The notes under the pieces were generated by a model. The model searched no databases. It saw only the letters and a list, made by a program, of their open reading frames with translations, and was not told where the DNA came from. Position numbers and translations under genes: made by a program. From assembly GCA_973895155.1 (NCBI GenBank), contig OZ316892.1, positions 14,376,861-14,440,860 on the forward strand: a stretch of DNA of 64,000 nt. Reading direction: 5' to 3'. Of the stretch, positions 1 through 12,447 are shown one piece after another (positions within the stretch are counted from its first letter, which is position 1; every line of letters starts with the position of its first letter). Origin of the DNA: Marsupella aquatica. Taxonomy: Eukaryota > Plantae > Marchantiophyta.

Positions 1-249
1 CAAAAGCTTACTATCTTAGGCTTGAACAAGTTTAGAGAAGTCTATTGACTTAAAGTCTATTCAAATAAATAGACCTTAAATCAACTTACCCAAAACCTCA
101 TGAGGTTGGTTGGGAGAAGCTTTGGTTTGGGGGTCCATCAAGTGAAGGTCCCAAGGTTTTGCATCTCATAAAAAAAGTGATTGTTGATAAAGTAAGTGGG
201 AGGTTAAAGAAAAAGTACAGTATGTTAGGTATTTACTCAAGGTCTAGGG

Positions 250-1330
250 TTACGGCATGTAACCATAGTTAGGCTAACCGTAATCGGAGACGTGATTAGG
301 TTAACTAGGATGCACACTATATGCCAAACAATGTTTGCTTGGATAAGGGGAACTGAGACACATTGTTACGGAGTCACTTGAGAGATGAGGAGAGCTTACA
401 TTGTGGAAACTTGGTATGGCCGATGGGCTTAGAGTTCAGTAAAGTTCTCAATGGCAAATGAAGAAACTCACTTGCCTTTTACAATAGCTCCCTCACGATT
501 GCTGCTCGAACACACCAACTCACTTCAAGACGTAGAAGCTCACTGCCACAAGCTCATTGCCATAGCTCTTGGTCAATGGTGCGCAACATCTCCAGCTCCC
601 TCACGACTGCCACAGGTTGATGGTCGATGGTGCGCAACAACTCCTCTCTATTACCTGTTTCACAATGGAAGGAACTTGCTTGTGTAAGTGAGTGTGGGTG
701 GGGGCCCCAAGGGACAATGGTTGGAGGGAAACGGCATGGGGCTAGTCAGACTCACAATGGGCAATGGAGGGAAATGGCACACATGAAACGGGCAAGGGAA
801 CGGACGGGATAATTTCAAACTTGTGAACCCAAGTCCAACCCTAAATAGTGAGTCCCCACTTATACCATTAAAAATTCTTGCCATGTCTCTAATGTATACA
901 TGGCTTGACAAAATATGTTGAGAATTTGTAAGGGTGCCACGTGTACCAATCATATAGTGACACGTGTTCTTTGCATAATCTGACACAAGGATGCCCTAAC
1001 TTCTTTGTATGCCTTCCGTTTACAAATTAATCAAAAATACTAATATCCCTATTGTTCTTAAAAGCCATCAAACATATAAAGTTGACCCTATTGTTCTTAC
1101 ACAAATCTTCTTAAGTCTTTCTTAAAACCTAATTAACGGACCCTATACTTCGTCGCACGTGATATGTGATTTTCGCGAGTGAGACCCCCGAATAAAGTTG
1201 AACTCTTGTGTATTCCCCTGGACATAGCCTCGAGGAGGCGAACCACGTATCTTTTGTGTCGACTACTTGCGCGTTGGATGTGTCATGTGCTTACCGTTGC
1301 AATTGTCGTCTATGCTAAACACAATAATTC
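250..1330 (+). mobile_element. Dispersed LTR-like repeat, copy A (core split by ~750 bp of extra sequence at ~445-1195)
   Basis: Blocks 'taggctaacc...cattgttacggagtcacttgagagat...cttggt' (270-418) and 'ggacatagcctcgaggaggcgaaccacgtatc' (1220-1251) recur at 58490-58770 (+), 42440-42700 (-) and 16970-17230 (-). Confidence 0.6.
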
Positions 1331-3159
1331 CTTGAGTGAAAGTAAGGTACACTACTAGCTATAGACATAGTATTTCTGGGGAAAGCCAGATGCACATTAT
1401 CTCATTTGAGTTGTTACATTTTGAGATGTGCTCTATTCAGTTGAAACAAATTGATTTAAACCCATAAGCATGCAAATGGGTTTAAAACGTATGTGGGGAA
1501 TTGGTTATGGTTACCTGGGTGAAAGGAGGAATGGCAAGAAACCCATAATATTTGAAAAATTAAAAATGGAACTTAAACAAAGACACGGGGTTGCTTGAGT
1601 AATTAAGGATGGGCAAGTGTAAGAAATAATTATTAAGCTATAGAGAAGCTTTGAGACAACAATGAAAACACTAAGAGAAGGAGAGAAATGCAAATTCCAG
1701 TAGTACAAAAGATACAACTTACCTAAGGCACTTTGAAAGAAAAACGCATGACAACAAATCTGAACCAACAAAAGGCAAAAGGTAAGCCCCTGCAGGGAGG
1801 CTTAGATCAAGTGTAACCTTTCCCGAAAGTTGCTATCGATGCGCCTTATCAGCAATCCTGACTGCTGGTTTGTAAGGGGCTGCTCTGCAGAACCTACCAT
1901 AGTGCCCCGCCAACTTCATGTCCATGATCTTGATTCCCATTGTAATGCAAGAGGACATGCAGATCAAGTAGAGGAAAGTATATTCACACTACCCTGTTTC
2001 TGTCATCTTTTGCTAACAGGGCAAATTAGGCCTGCCTTAGAATAGGCCAGGTGAATCACAAAAGTGTGTAAAGTAAGTTCTGAATTTTGATGTTTATGTT
2101 TGCTACATATGCTATGGAGTCAACTTGAAATCCAAATATTATGCCTTATCACATCACATATCACGTGTAGATTGACCTTAGTGAATTGAAGCTTGTATGT
2201 AGTTAGACCAAAAGTTTGTAACGCCTTGGGAGAGTCAAATCCAAACATTATGCCTCATCACATATCTTGTGTCATCATGGCACCCTTTGTTTCCCCAATC
2301 TTTGTCTGAGTGGGTGAAAAACCAAACAAAGCAACTAATGATCCTGTTGAACCCTCACTAGCTCGGGGATCACTTGCCCTCAAACTTCACTAGCTTATTA
2401 CTCTAGATAACTCCATTACAAAATCCGACAAAAAACCCAGGGATTACTTAGTTTACTAGAAACCAATCATGGCTCAACTTACTCACTACCCCATTGATCT
2501 TAAGCCATATTAAGATGGACCCTCTTAGTAAAACTAGCCGTTATGGACCCATACTAAAATTGCCCGACCCGTGCTAAGATTAATTGAGACATTCTCGTAC
2601 TAATGCTGGTGGAACATTGGCCCATTACTAGAATTAGGTGAGCATGGACCCATCCTAAATTTGGTAGACCATGGATCCAATGCTAATTAAAGTTAGCTGA
2701 CCCCATTGGTACAGTTTGGACAATCATTCTTACTAAACTTAGTTGATCATGGGTTACCGGTTAAATTAGTATTTATTCTTATTTGTTGTTGAATACCCTA
2801 TTCTGTCAAGGACTATCTTGCACATGAGGAAAGGTCCTATTCATGCTGAATGCTTATTCAAAATAACATATGAAGATGGTCTATGGGGGTTGTGATCATC
2901 CATCCAAGCTCCTTGCCAAACTTGATGACCAATTTAATTGTTAATGTTTTGGTCAACTTGGCTAATAACCAAATTGTTCAAAAATTTGTCAAATTAAATT
3001 CCATGAATGTTGTTTGGAGATAAGATTGTTTTGCCCATCATTCCTCCCTCCTACCCAAGTCTTTTTCTTGACACCTAAGATATTTTGTTAGTTGAATAAC
3101 ATACTTTACCTTGCAGAAGCCAGGTGAATTGGGAGCCTGGTTTGTTAGTTTTGAACACG

Positions 3160-3345
3160 AGCCTGAATGCCCATTCTCTAAATATTAATAGAGATAGGCC
3201 AAAAAAGCCTTACAAAATAATCTATATTGTTCCACTTCATCTTTTCCTTATCCTAGTTTTTTTAATTCTGTTTTGTCTTTGTATTTTTGTCTCTGAAATT
3301 AGAGGCTTCACTCTAGAAGTCTAGACCCCAACTCTAACTTGTGTT
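3160..3345 (+). repeat. Dispersed repeat, inverted copy at ~24205-24415
   Basis: 'gcctgaatgcc...aaaataat...cttcatctttt...agaggcttcactctagaagtctaga' matches the reverse complement of 24205-24415. Confidence 0.65.
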
Positions 3346-4450
3346 TGTGCTTTCTAAATAAGACACACTTGGGCTTATATAGCATGTTTATCCTAGAACA
3401 TGCCTCTAGTTTTGTCTTGTAGTGATATATAATTCATTTGATTTATTTTATGATAAAAGAAATAATGACATGTAAAATATATGCCAAGAAATTAATATAT
3501 GTTAATTAAGAGTGAATGACATAGTACACATGCAAAGAAAAACACATTATGACCAAGAAAGTACAAAGGTACTAAAGGTTGTGCACAGACAATACAGACT
3601 TTCACTTCTAGGTAATGACAATAACTATATTGAAACCATAAATTTTGTAAAAAAAATCATGAGTAGAACTTAGTACACTAAATTTGCACATTGTTAAAAC
3701 TCATTACGGGTCCAGTTAGAGACTCTTGCAAATTTATAAATTCAGAGAAAATTCCACATCATCCATTCATTCTTATCCATTGGATTTTACGTATCAATGG
3801 TGGAGATTGCACAAGGTGTCGTATCACTTGTGTGACCATTCAAGACACTTGTGTGGCAACCGTGAAGAAAATGTTGGGTTCATTTGCAAGAATGATACAC
3901 ATTCTTTGATGTCAAATTTAAACAAAAACTTGGATAGTACTTTGGGTAATAAAATAAGATAACAAACTAGTCTTAACCATTGATGTTTGTTGATCAATGA
4001 TGAGAGTTGTGCAATGTGGGTTGATGCACAATAATGTTGCTTGTGTAAAAACTGTCATGTGTGCGAGAATGGAAGTGCGCAAGAATAGTAATGTGTGTGA
4101 GAAGTATCACGCATGTCAGATCTATGTTAGTTGTCACTCAAAAACTGGGAAAGAATAATTATTAAATATGGGCCAGTAATGTGGGTCAACTAAGTTGAAG
4201 CCAAAATTAAGATGGATCTCTAAAAAAAGTCATTTTTGTTCTACTCAACCAAATGGGCTGAACATTCTCTAAGGGATAGAGAGGAAAGCTGGGGAATCTA
4301 GTATTAAAGTTGGAGCTCAAACTTAGCTCCAAATTGTGAGTTAAAAAATATATTGATATGAAAATTTTGTCTTAATCCAATCTCAGTTATGCTAAGACTA
4401 CTTAGGGATGTGTGCACCTTAATATCTGAACTCATAACTTTATCAATTTC

Positions 4451-4690
4451 AAAGTTACAATTGGGGTCAAACAGTACACCGACCCTTGCGGATGTGTGCA
4501 CCAGAATGCCTTAACTTGTAACCTTATTAATTTTAAAGTTACAATTGGGGTCAAACAATACACCGACCCTTGCGGATGTGTGCACCAGAATGCCTTAACT
4601 TGTAACCTTATTAAGTTTAAAAGGTATAATTGGGTCAAAAAGTACACCAACCTTCCAGATGTGGGCACCAAGATGCCTTAAATTGTGATC
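4451..4690. repeat. 84-bp tandem repeat, ~3 copies
   Basis: 'aaagttacaattggggtcaaaca(g/a)tacaccgacccttgcggatgtgtgcaccagaatgccttaacttgtaacc' at 4451 and 4535, with a diverged copy near 4619. Confidence 0.9.
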
Positions 4691-7600
4691 TTCTTCATTT
4701 TTAATGTAAAGACAATGTTATGTTAAGAGTAGTATCAAATGTTGATCTTGCTTTTGCTATTTCTATTGGAAAAGGAATTTCAAAAGGAAATAACTCTCAA
4801 TCTAAAGTCTTCTTATGCCTTTCTTTGTAGCAAAATTCCTTCGTTAGAGTATCAATATTTACATCTTTTCAGTTGTCAAGATTTGAAAAAGTATTTACAA
4901 GTAAATATGAAACTCCAATTTTCAGGTCAAACAGTTCACTAAGTTTAGATCTGATGTTGCAAATTAGAACTTTTCACTTTCTTTTATCTAGAAATAATGA
5001 TCACAAATCAATTGACTAAGGTGAAATCTTGGAATTGAACAAATGTTTGAAATAGGTTTATCACAAAATATATTAGCAATCACACTTCTGGACCATAAGG
5101 AGAGAAGAGAAAGAAGTCAAACCTGTATTTCAAGTGTTGTCAAAAAGTTGAGCTTGCTATTGATTATAAAATAATTCGTAAACTCTCCCAAGTTTGTCTA
5201 GCAACCAAGTGTAAAATGTTCATCTCAAGAAAGGGTGAAGAGGGGGGCTCAACCATTGAATTGAAAGGACATTGGGCCACTTCACAACTAATAGAACCCA
5301 TACAAACTGTAATTATTAAACAAAACATGCAATGCTACAAACATACCTGGGTCACATGATGAGAGCCATACAAAAAATACTCTGCCACTTGATGTCCGCC
5401 TCCAAGCTTGAATGTCTCCTGTAAACGATACTCCCACCTAGCCTGAAGTATGCTATTAAACCCCACTATGATCACCCTAGGCACACCAAAAGAGTCATGA
5501 GTTCAACCTCCAATCAGCCTCCACAAGCACAACAAATTAGTCCCTAAATATTGAACACAACATCACTAAATCTCCTATCCAACCTATTTTTGTTCAGTTT
5601 ATTAGTTACAATCTCTACATAATGGAGAAAGAGCCTACATTTAATAATAAGACAAAATAACATCATAAAGTACAATTGATTACATAATCCACATCATGCA
5701 AGAAAACAAGTGTTCATAGTCCCATGAAAGTTGGTCTATATGACCTCTCTCTCCAACACCTATGATGATTCTACACTTATGGTTTTTGTCTTTGTTTCCA
5801 TTTGCCATGATCATTAGGACATTGATGCAAATTTTGTTTTATTAGCATGTATTAACAAATTGAATCTTCAAACTAAGTTGCTCAAGATAATATCATAGAT
5901 ATTTACAACTAGTGATTCAATCCAAGCCGTAATTTTTCTTGTCGCATCTTTTTATTATTATAGATGAGCTTTAGATGTCATTCTTACCAAAATTAAATTT
6001 TATGCACATGAATTTCAAACGACAGATTTATAACGCTCCTTTTAATGCACTTTGGCAATCTGATATAGCCTACATATATAGAACACTCCTTTAAATGCAC
6101 TTTGACAATGTGATCTAGCCCATACACAACACTCTATTGAATGCACGGTCCACCCAAAAATGAATTGAGCTGGACCCACATACTAGTTTCTTTCACTGTC
6201 ATGAGAAAAAAGATAATTCACTAAGGATTGATTGAAAAGGAAATGTTAAACATTTATGAGAGGAGCCAAATATATTCAAAATACTCTAAGTTCACTAAAA
6301 TTGGTCCAAAAGTTAATTTAAAATCAAATTAATATAAATGATTCACCTAGTTAAGACACATTAAAATAAATAATAATAATGAACACAAAATCTGAAAAAG
6401 ACAAAATCTGAAAGGGTAGATTTATAGCCAAAAATACTTCAAAATAAGACACGCTCGGGCTTATATGTCCAAGAGTTTAGAAGCAATCTTTGTGTTCATG
6501 GGGGTTTTCTTTCCTTTCATTGCTTGGAACGTCCCTTAGGTTATGCTATGCCCTTCCGAAAAGAAGGGGCAAGAAAGGAAAATGCGTGGTGTACGATGGT
6601 GCCCCAGGTTCAAACCGTGGCGGTGAATTATCTGAAGGCATAAACTGCCTGTTATCGATCTCTTAGAGTGCCTGGTTGGTCTGGCTTCCTCATATGCGCT
6701 GAAAGACGCGAGTTTCTCTTCGGGAAAGAAATTACAGTATGAGCTATGGCGGGAACGCAGACGCTCTGTCTTCCGCTCACGGTCTGCTCGACAGCGTCTG
6801 CTCGTGCTGGTAATCTTCCGCTCACACTTGTATGACCATCGCCTGTATGCGTCTGTGCTTCGAGGTGATGAAAGAAATCGTTTTGTTCGGAATTCATGTT
6901 AGCAGAAGGCTGAGGGACCAATTTAGTGCTTTCTCCTGGTTCCGTGGTCGTCGGTTGTCGTCGCCGTAAGGTCTTTCTCGTAGAACACATCGGTTCCTCG
7001 TAAATTGGTTTTTTTCGGGTCAGTGAGCGGGAATTGCGTGGGAGGTACATACGTTTTCGCCTTTCAGCGCTAGCTCGTGATTGGTTAAGTCGTAGAATTG
7101 ATTGTTATGCTGCGTTTTGGTGGGGAAGATGGAGCTTTGGGCAAAGTTAAATTATTTCTATTCGGTTTGGGAATTCGTCTTCTTGTCATTTCTGGTGGAT
7201 GAACCCACCCTTCCTTCACTAAGACGCTCTGGACTGACCGCTTGAGTCATTTTTGAGTTTCCGCAGAGCAGGCTAGATATTCCCAAAAGGGATTACGTGG
7301 GTTTTCTGGCCCAGGCACTATTCTTTCTACAAAATTATTTAGCTCGTACTTGCGATGGACGATATAGACCATCAGCAGAGGCTTGCATGCTATTCTACGA
7401 GTTCGGATGGTTTTGGCTCCTTATCCAGCAGCTTTCCTCCAATTGCCAGTCAGTCTAAGTGCTCAGTCAATCAATTGGCCAGCTGAATGCATGGCCAAGT
7501 CGTATTATCGGTAGGGTTCCATCATACTTATTCACTTGCTATGATGAGGGGTAGATCCTATCCAGCAAACCCGGGATGGGCTCAATTTCTGTTGGGATTC

Positions 7601-7830
7601 TTCTCACCCGTTCTCTCCTGGGAATCATGTCTTTCTTTCCTGACCGAAGAGTACAGTTCTGCAGACCTTTGGGAAAACTCTCACGGGTTTGCTTCAAACA
7701 TACTTTCAATACTGTACTGCAGCAGATTCTAAGATTCTGACCAATTCATTAGCGTACATGCCTGGTTAGTGGAGGTTTGGACATTGGATCCGTGGGTGAT
7801 GAACTTACTATGGGATTTTCCGCTATGTAG

Positions 7831-9288
7831 ATACAAGCTGCCGAACAACGTGGTCAGGTGGTACTCTGAGACAGATCCGTGGCGTTATTCTGAAGACATC
7901 TGCTGCCCCTCCCCAGGCATTCAATATCGGCAGAAAGTTGTTAGTGAGCTGTGCAAGGAAGTCTCCGGATGACTTTCCGGCGAAAGGTATGATGCCTAAC
8001 ATATTGTGTCACTCCAGTTGGATTAGTAATGAAAGAATCAACTGTTGTGTCAATGTACTGTTGGCACTCCCTCTGTTCCCGAGGCTGTTGCACTAACTTT
8101 CGCTTTTTTTTTTGGGTAGGGGTTAATCCATCTTACCATGTTCTTCGGGCAAAATTCTTGCATGTGTCTTAACTCTGCTGCCTAAAACGATGACAATGTG
8201 ACCATAATTGTTACTTTCTCATCCGGCAACGGATTTCCAACTTGGGTCCAGCCGACCGCTAAACCCGTTCAGATTGGTCGACGATATTTAGTAGAGTGTG
8301 TAAATAGGCGTCATTCAATGAATTGGCAGAATTCGCTTGCCTAACATATATGTGAATCAAAGTCTATTTAACATCTGAGTCTGAAGACAGTTGCCAAGCA
8401 GGGTTTTCAAGTAAATCGTTACGGCCAAATAACTTATGAACCAAGTATTTTGTGCTCTAATCATTCTAACTTCGAAACAGTGTCATTGGCATAGCTGCCC
8501 CTTTCGGATGTTGTGTAGTTTGAATTCTGGTCTGTGCTTTCGCCAACAGTATGTTAAGATTCTGCACATGAAGTTCAGATCATGCAGAAAAGTGCCACTA
8601 AAATTGTTGCCATTATATGTGGCAGAAAATGACGACGAGAGTGAGGACGGCGAGTTTGTTGCTCCCCGTGTAACACCCGATTACGTGGGAAAGGATTCTA
8701 TCAAGCCTCCATCTAGGGTTGTGAAAAATGTAGAGGGCCCATGGATCACGCGGGTATGTTTCTCTTACATATTGCTAAAAACTTGTTGCTGAATAAGGTT
8801 GAAATTACATGGCGTAATTGAATTCGAATGAGTGGATGAGCCCCCTTCGACATCTACTGCATTTACTACAGTGCATAGTTCGGACTTTCTTGGTGTCACA
8901 CTACACTGTTCGATGGCAACACTCTCAGAATGATAGATAAAAGCGCATGACAGTTTGTTTAGATGGCTTGAAGACACATCGTTTGTCTATATAGGTGTGA
9001 ATTATTTGCCCGCTGTCGATGGTATTTGGCAGGCATGGTTGCTTTGAAGGACATTTTTAGGAATGGAGAGTGGACGAGTTTTCTGATCATGGTGAATTGG
9101 GTTGTTAAATGCAGTGGGGCGGGAATGTGAGGGGTGGAAAGTATCAGATGGGACAGGGCACCGACCGAATTATCGATGTTTTTGCAAATGGCAATGCCAT
9201 GCTTATTGCAGCAGGCGGTCTTATTGTTCTCTTTTTCGTGCTATTACAGTTTAGGCCAGACGCACCCCCACCTCCGCCCCCTTCTTAG
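7831..9288 (+). CDS. Probable plastid-targeted small membrane protein with C-terminal TM helix and Pro-rich tail (5' exon(s) unresolved, likely within 7350-7690)
   Basis: Phase-compatible GT-AG exons 7831-7986, 8626-8753 and 9115-9288 give ...TSCRTTWSGGTLRQIRGVILKTSAAPPQAFNIGRKLLVSCARKSPDDFPAKENDDESEDGEF...GPWITRWGGNVRGGK...NAMLIAAGGLIVLFFVLLQFRPDAPPPPPPS*. The S/R-rich start resembles a transit peptide; a hydrophobic span precedes the stop. Confidence 0.65.
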
Positions 9289-10029
9289 GATCCTGTTATG
9301 GGCCCAGAAAGTGCGATAAAGGATAGTTTAAGGCATCGACTTGCTCTAGAACTAAGGAAACTTTAGAATCAACAGGCATTTCTGCAACGATGCGTACTTC
9401 TGTATATACGAGTTGTCTCCAGAGTTTAAAATTGTTTTGTTTCTTTTGTTCGTATTTGATTAAAAATAAAATTGGATAAGTGTCTTCTCTCATTTGCTCT
9501 TCTCCGTCGAGAGAGCTGCTACTCGGCTTTTCCGCAAGGGCACATCGCTGCATCATTTTGGCCGGCAGGTTCTTCGCGAGCTTGTGTCTTTACGTCCTGC
9601 CATCGTGGCCATTCAGAGGAAATTGGCTCTGATTGCTGTAGTAGCTTGCCCTTACTATCGTTTGCCCGGAGATTGTCAACCGCGTCAGTTGGGGCTGTGT
9701 CCAGTTCTTTGGCTGCCTATTCCGCTCGACTTCACGTCCCTGTGTGGTACAACGCCCAACTCCTCCCAAAGATATTGGTCGTTACCGGGCGTCATTGATT
9801 CACTCATTGCGTCCGCATCAGCTGACTCTCGTTCCTTGACTGCATCCTAAGCCTTCTTCACATGGCCCGTGTGGCTCGTTCCTCGTTGAACGCGTACCTC
9901 CTAGGGACGCAAGTGGTGCATATACATAGAAGCTACACCTTCCTGAAATTTCACACGGTAATCGTAACTTTCCAGTGTTAGAGGTGGCAGACAAGCCTGT
10001 ACTATTTCTCATCAAAATATCCATTGCCA

Positions 10030-11650
10030 TGTTTCACCCTACTCAGGCGCGTCATCTTCCGATGCTTCCAGTCCATCTCTTAGGCAACTCTTCTCTGTCC
10101 ACCTCCATTTTGCTTTGGAGAACGGCTTGACAATACTACTTTTTTGCTAGGAGAGTGAACTCATAACGTATCCTCCAACCTGCCCTTATGTGCAACACTA
10201 GGTTGCCGCCTGTCGGCCAAGACTTATGGTAAGGAGTAAATTCATTAGAAATTTCTAGGATTCGATTTGAAATTGGACTCAGGTTTCAATTGTAATCACA
10301 TTTGGTACATGAATATACTTCCAAGCTTGCCGCACTTGTTTCTTAATTTTAAATCTCAAGTTAGCAACGCAACTAAAAAGCTTCCAAGGTCGAGCATTGA
10401 GAGCTTTAGTTCTAGATTCTATTCGTAATTATTTGTAAGATTATAGTTGAATTTGGACTAATTATCTCCATCTGATTCATTTTCTCCAGCAGTTCTGTCT
10501 TTTCTTCTTCATCTCGTATCATGTTCTCAAGAATTTCCAGATTTTTCATTTCCAGCCTTTTTAGGCCCAATTCCGAAGACTCGGGTTAAGGCAATTTTCA
10601 CCTGTTTATTGGAATTCAGATTGGTATGCTCTCCTCTCTTTGTGTTCCCTGTGAAGGTTCTCAAGAATCTGTTGACGGTCTTCCTCCAGTCCATTTTCCT
10701 CTTGGAGCTCAGCGAGAGTTTCAGTCATTTGAATATCAGTTGAGCTTCTAGCGCGTTCTGATGGATCCCTTCCAGCTGTACCCTCTGCTGTTCATCAACG
10801 GCGGCATCATGACGTGCCTGCGCGCTTTCTACTGCCGATTGATTCCTCTTCTGATCTTTTTTGCTGTGATTGTTGGGATTTTCCAAGTTCCATCTCCACT
10901 TTCTTGTATTCATGTTGTTCCTTGGCAAGCTGCTCAAGAACGCCCTGGTTCTTCTCTTCCGAGCAGTTCCTCTGTTCTTGCTCCTTGGTAAGGTGCTCAC
11001 GAATTTCATGAAGCTTATTCTCCAATTCACTCGTCCCGCTTGCCTCTGCAGCCAAGTTTTTAGTCATCTGTATCACCTTGGTTGCTAAGCCAGCTACATT
11101 ACATCTACTCCTGCTGTGGTGTATTCTATTTCTGTAAATTACTGGAAAGAAAAGCAGGTGAAGATGAGTGAAACCCACAGTTTTCTTACTGTTTCTTCTT
11201 GTCCATTCCTTATCTACCTGGGCTACTCATGTTGATTGCTGATGTATGGAGTACACCAAGGAGCTTTCCACCCTTGCGATGCATTTTAGACATCTTGCAG
11301 CAAGCAAAGTTTGATAAATGTCTTGTCAACAGGACTTCCTTGATAGAAATTGGAGGATACTGCGACAGCTCTACCACAGCACCTTTTCTGCAAGGGCCCG
11401 TGGAGGACGGTCTCTTCCTTTCTCTCCAGAACGTGGGCTCGACCAAAGTTCACCCCAGGCTGATCTTAAGAGATGGTCCACATCTTGCAACTCCTCATTT
11501 CGACGAAATTTCTCAATGTATTCTCACAGAGCTGTTGTCTGTGAATTAGTGCTAGTCATTCTGCATCAAGAGCATGGAAAGAGATCAAATCACATCAATG
11601 CCTGATCACTTCGCGTGTTTCATTCCGGATGACACTGCAGAAGGTAAGAT
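10030..11650 (-). pseudogene. Decayed gene for an E/K/Q-rich coiled-coil protein
   Basis: Overlapping frames 10807-11178 and 10725-11030 (ELENKLHEIREHLTKEQEQ...; ARHDAAVDEQQRVQLE...) and further E/K-rich frames down to ~10450 are linked by frameshifts and stops. An AG acceptor-like site lies near 11135. Confidence 0.45.
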
Positions 11651-12447
11651 TCATCAGCATTTCAGATAGTTTTTGCCCCCGATACCTCGCTGTTTGGGCC
11701 TAAAGTTCGATAGAGCTTAAACTTCACGTACAATTGATACACAATCTCTCGATAGGAGAAAAGACCTACCTGCTCAATTTCATTTCTCCTCCCAACTGAA
11801 CCTCCCCCCTTTGGTCTTCTTTACGGTCTAAAGTCTCAGATCCACAAAGTAAGGACGCTTTTCCAAATCATTATATTGACATCTGCTCCTTCTCTAGCTC
11901 AATCAAGCGGAAACACAAAATGGCTCGAATTAGCACATTCGACATATGAAATTGAAGGCCTAATATTGATGATGAAGTGAACTCCTATCCAGTGGGGTTT
12001 TAATAACACGAAAAGGGTTCTATGGTCCTTCAATTTAAGACAAGTCTCCAAAGTAAAGGGGATTTTGGATTCTGGAATATCCTGAATAGCCAAGGTCTTA
12101 GGGGAGTTAAAGCTAGTAATTGAAGTAGAGAGTTCTATAATAGCCCATCCGTGCAACAGATCGATCACAAAATTCTCTCCTGCTTCATTAATTGAACAGA
12201 TAAATTCTGTAATAAAATTGCCTGGTGGGAAGTTCTAATTAATTCCCTACAGGAAAATGTGAACAATGGAAGAGGAAAATGTAACGTTTCCATATTATCG
12301 ACCTACCAACCCAAGTAAACTAAACTAAAGTACAGCTACAAATACAGTAAAGTAAAACTAGTGTTACTCAAAGTATAACAATGCTCAACAATATTTTTCG
12401 ATTATTTCGATTACTTAATTTTGACTTGACACGTTTACTATGGTCGT

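Noticed and set aside
1500-2050. Possible gag remnant after the LTR-like repeat
   Set aside because: There are multiple stops and no convincing zinc knuckle or other motif.
4304-4681. ORFs with duplicated peptide sequence
   Set aside because: They are by-products of the 84-bp tandem repeat.
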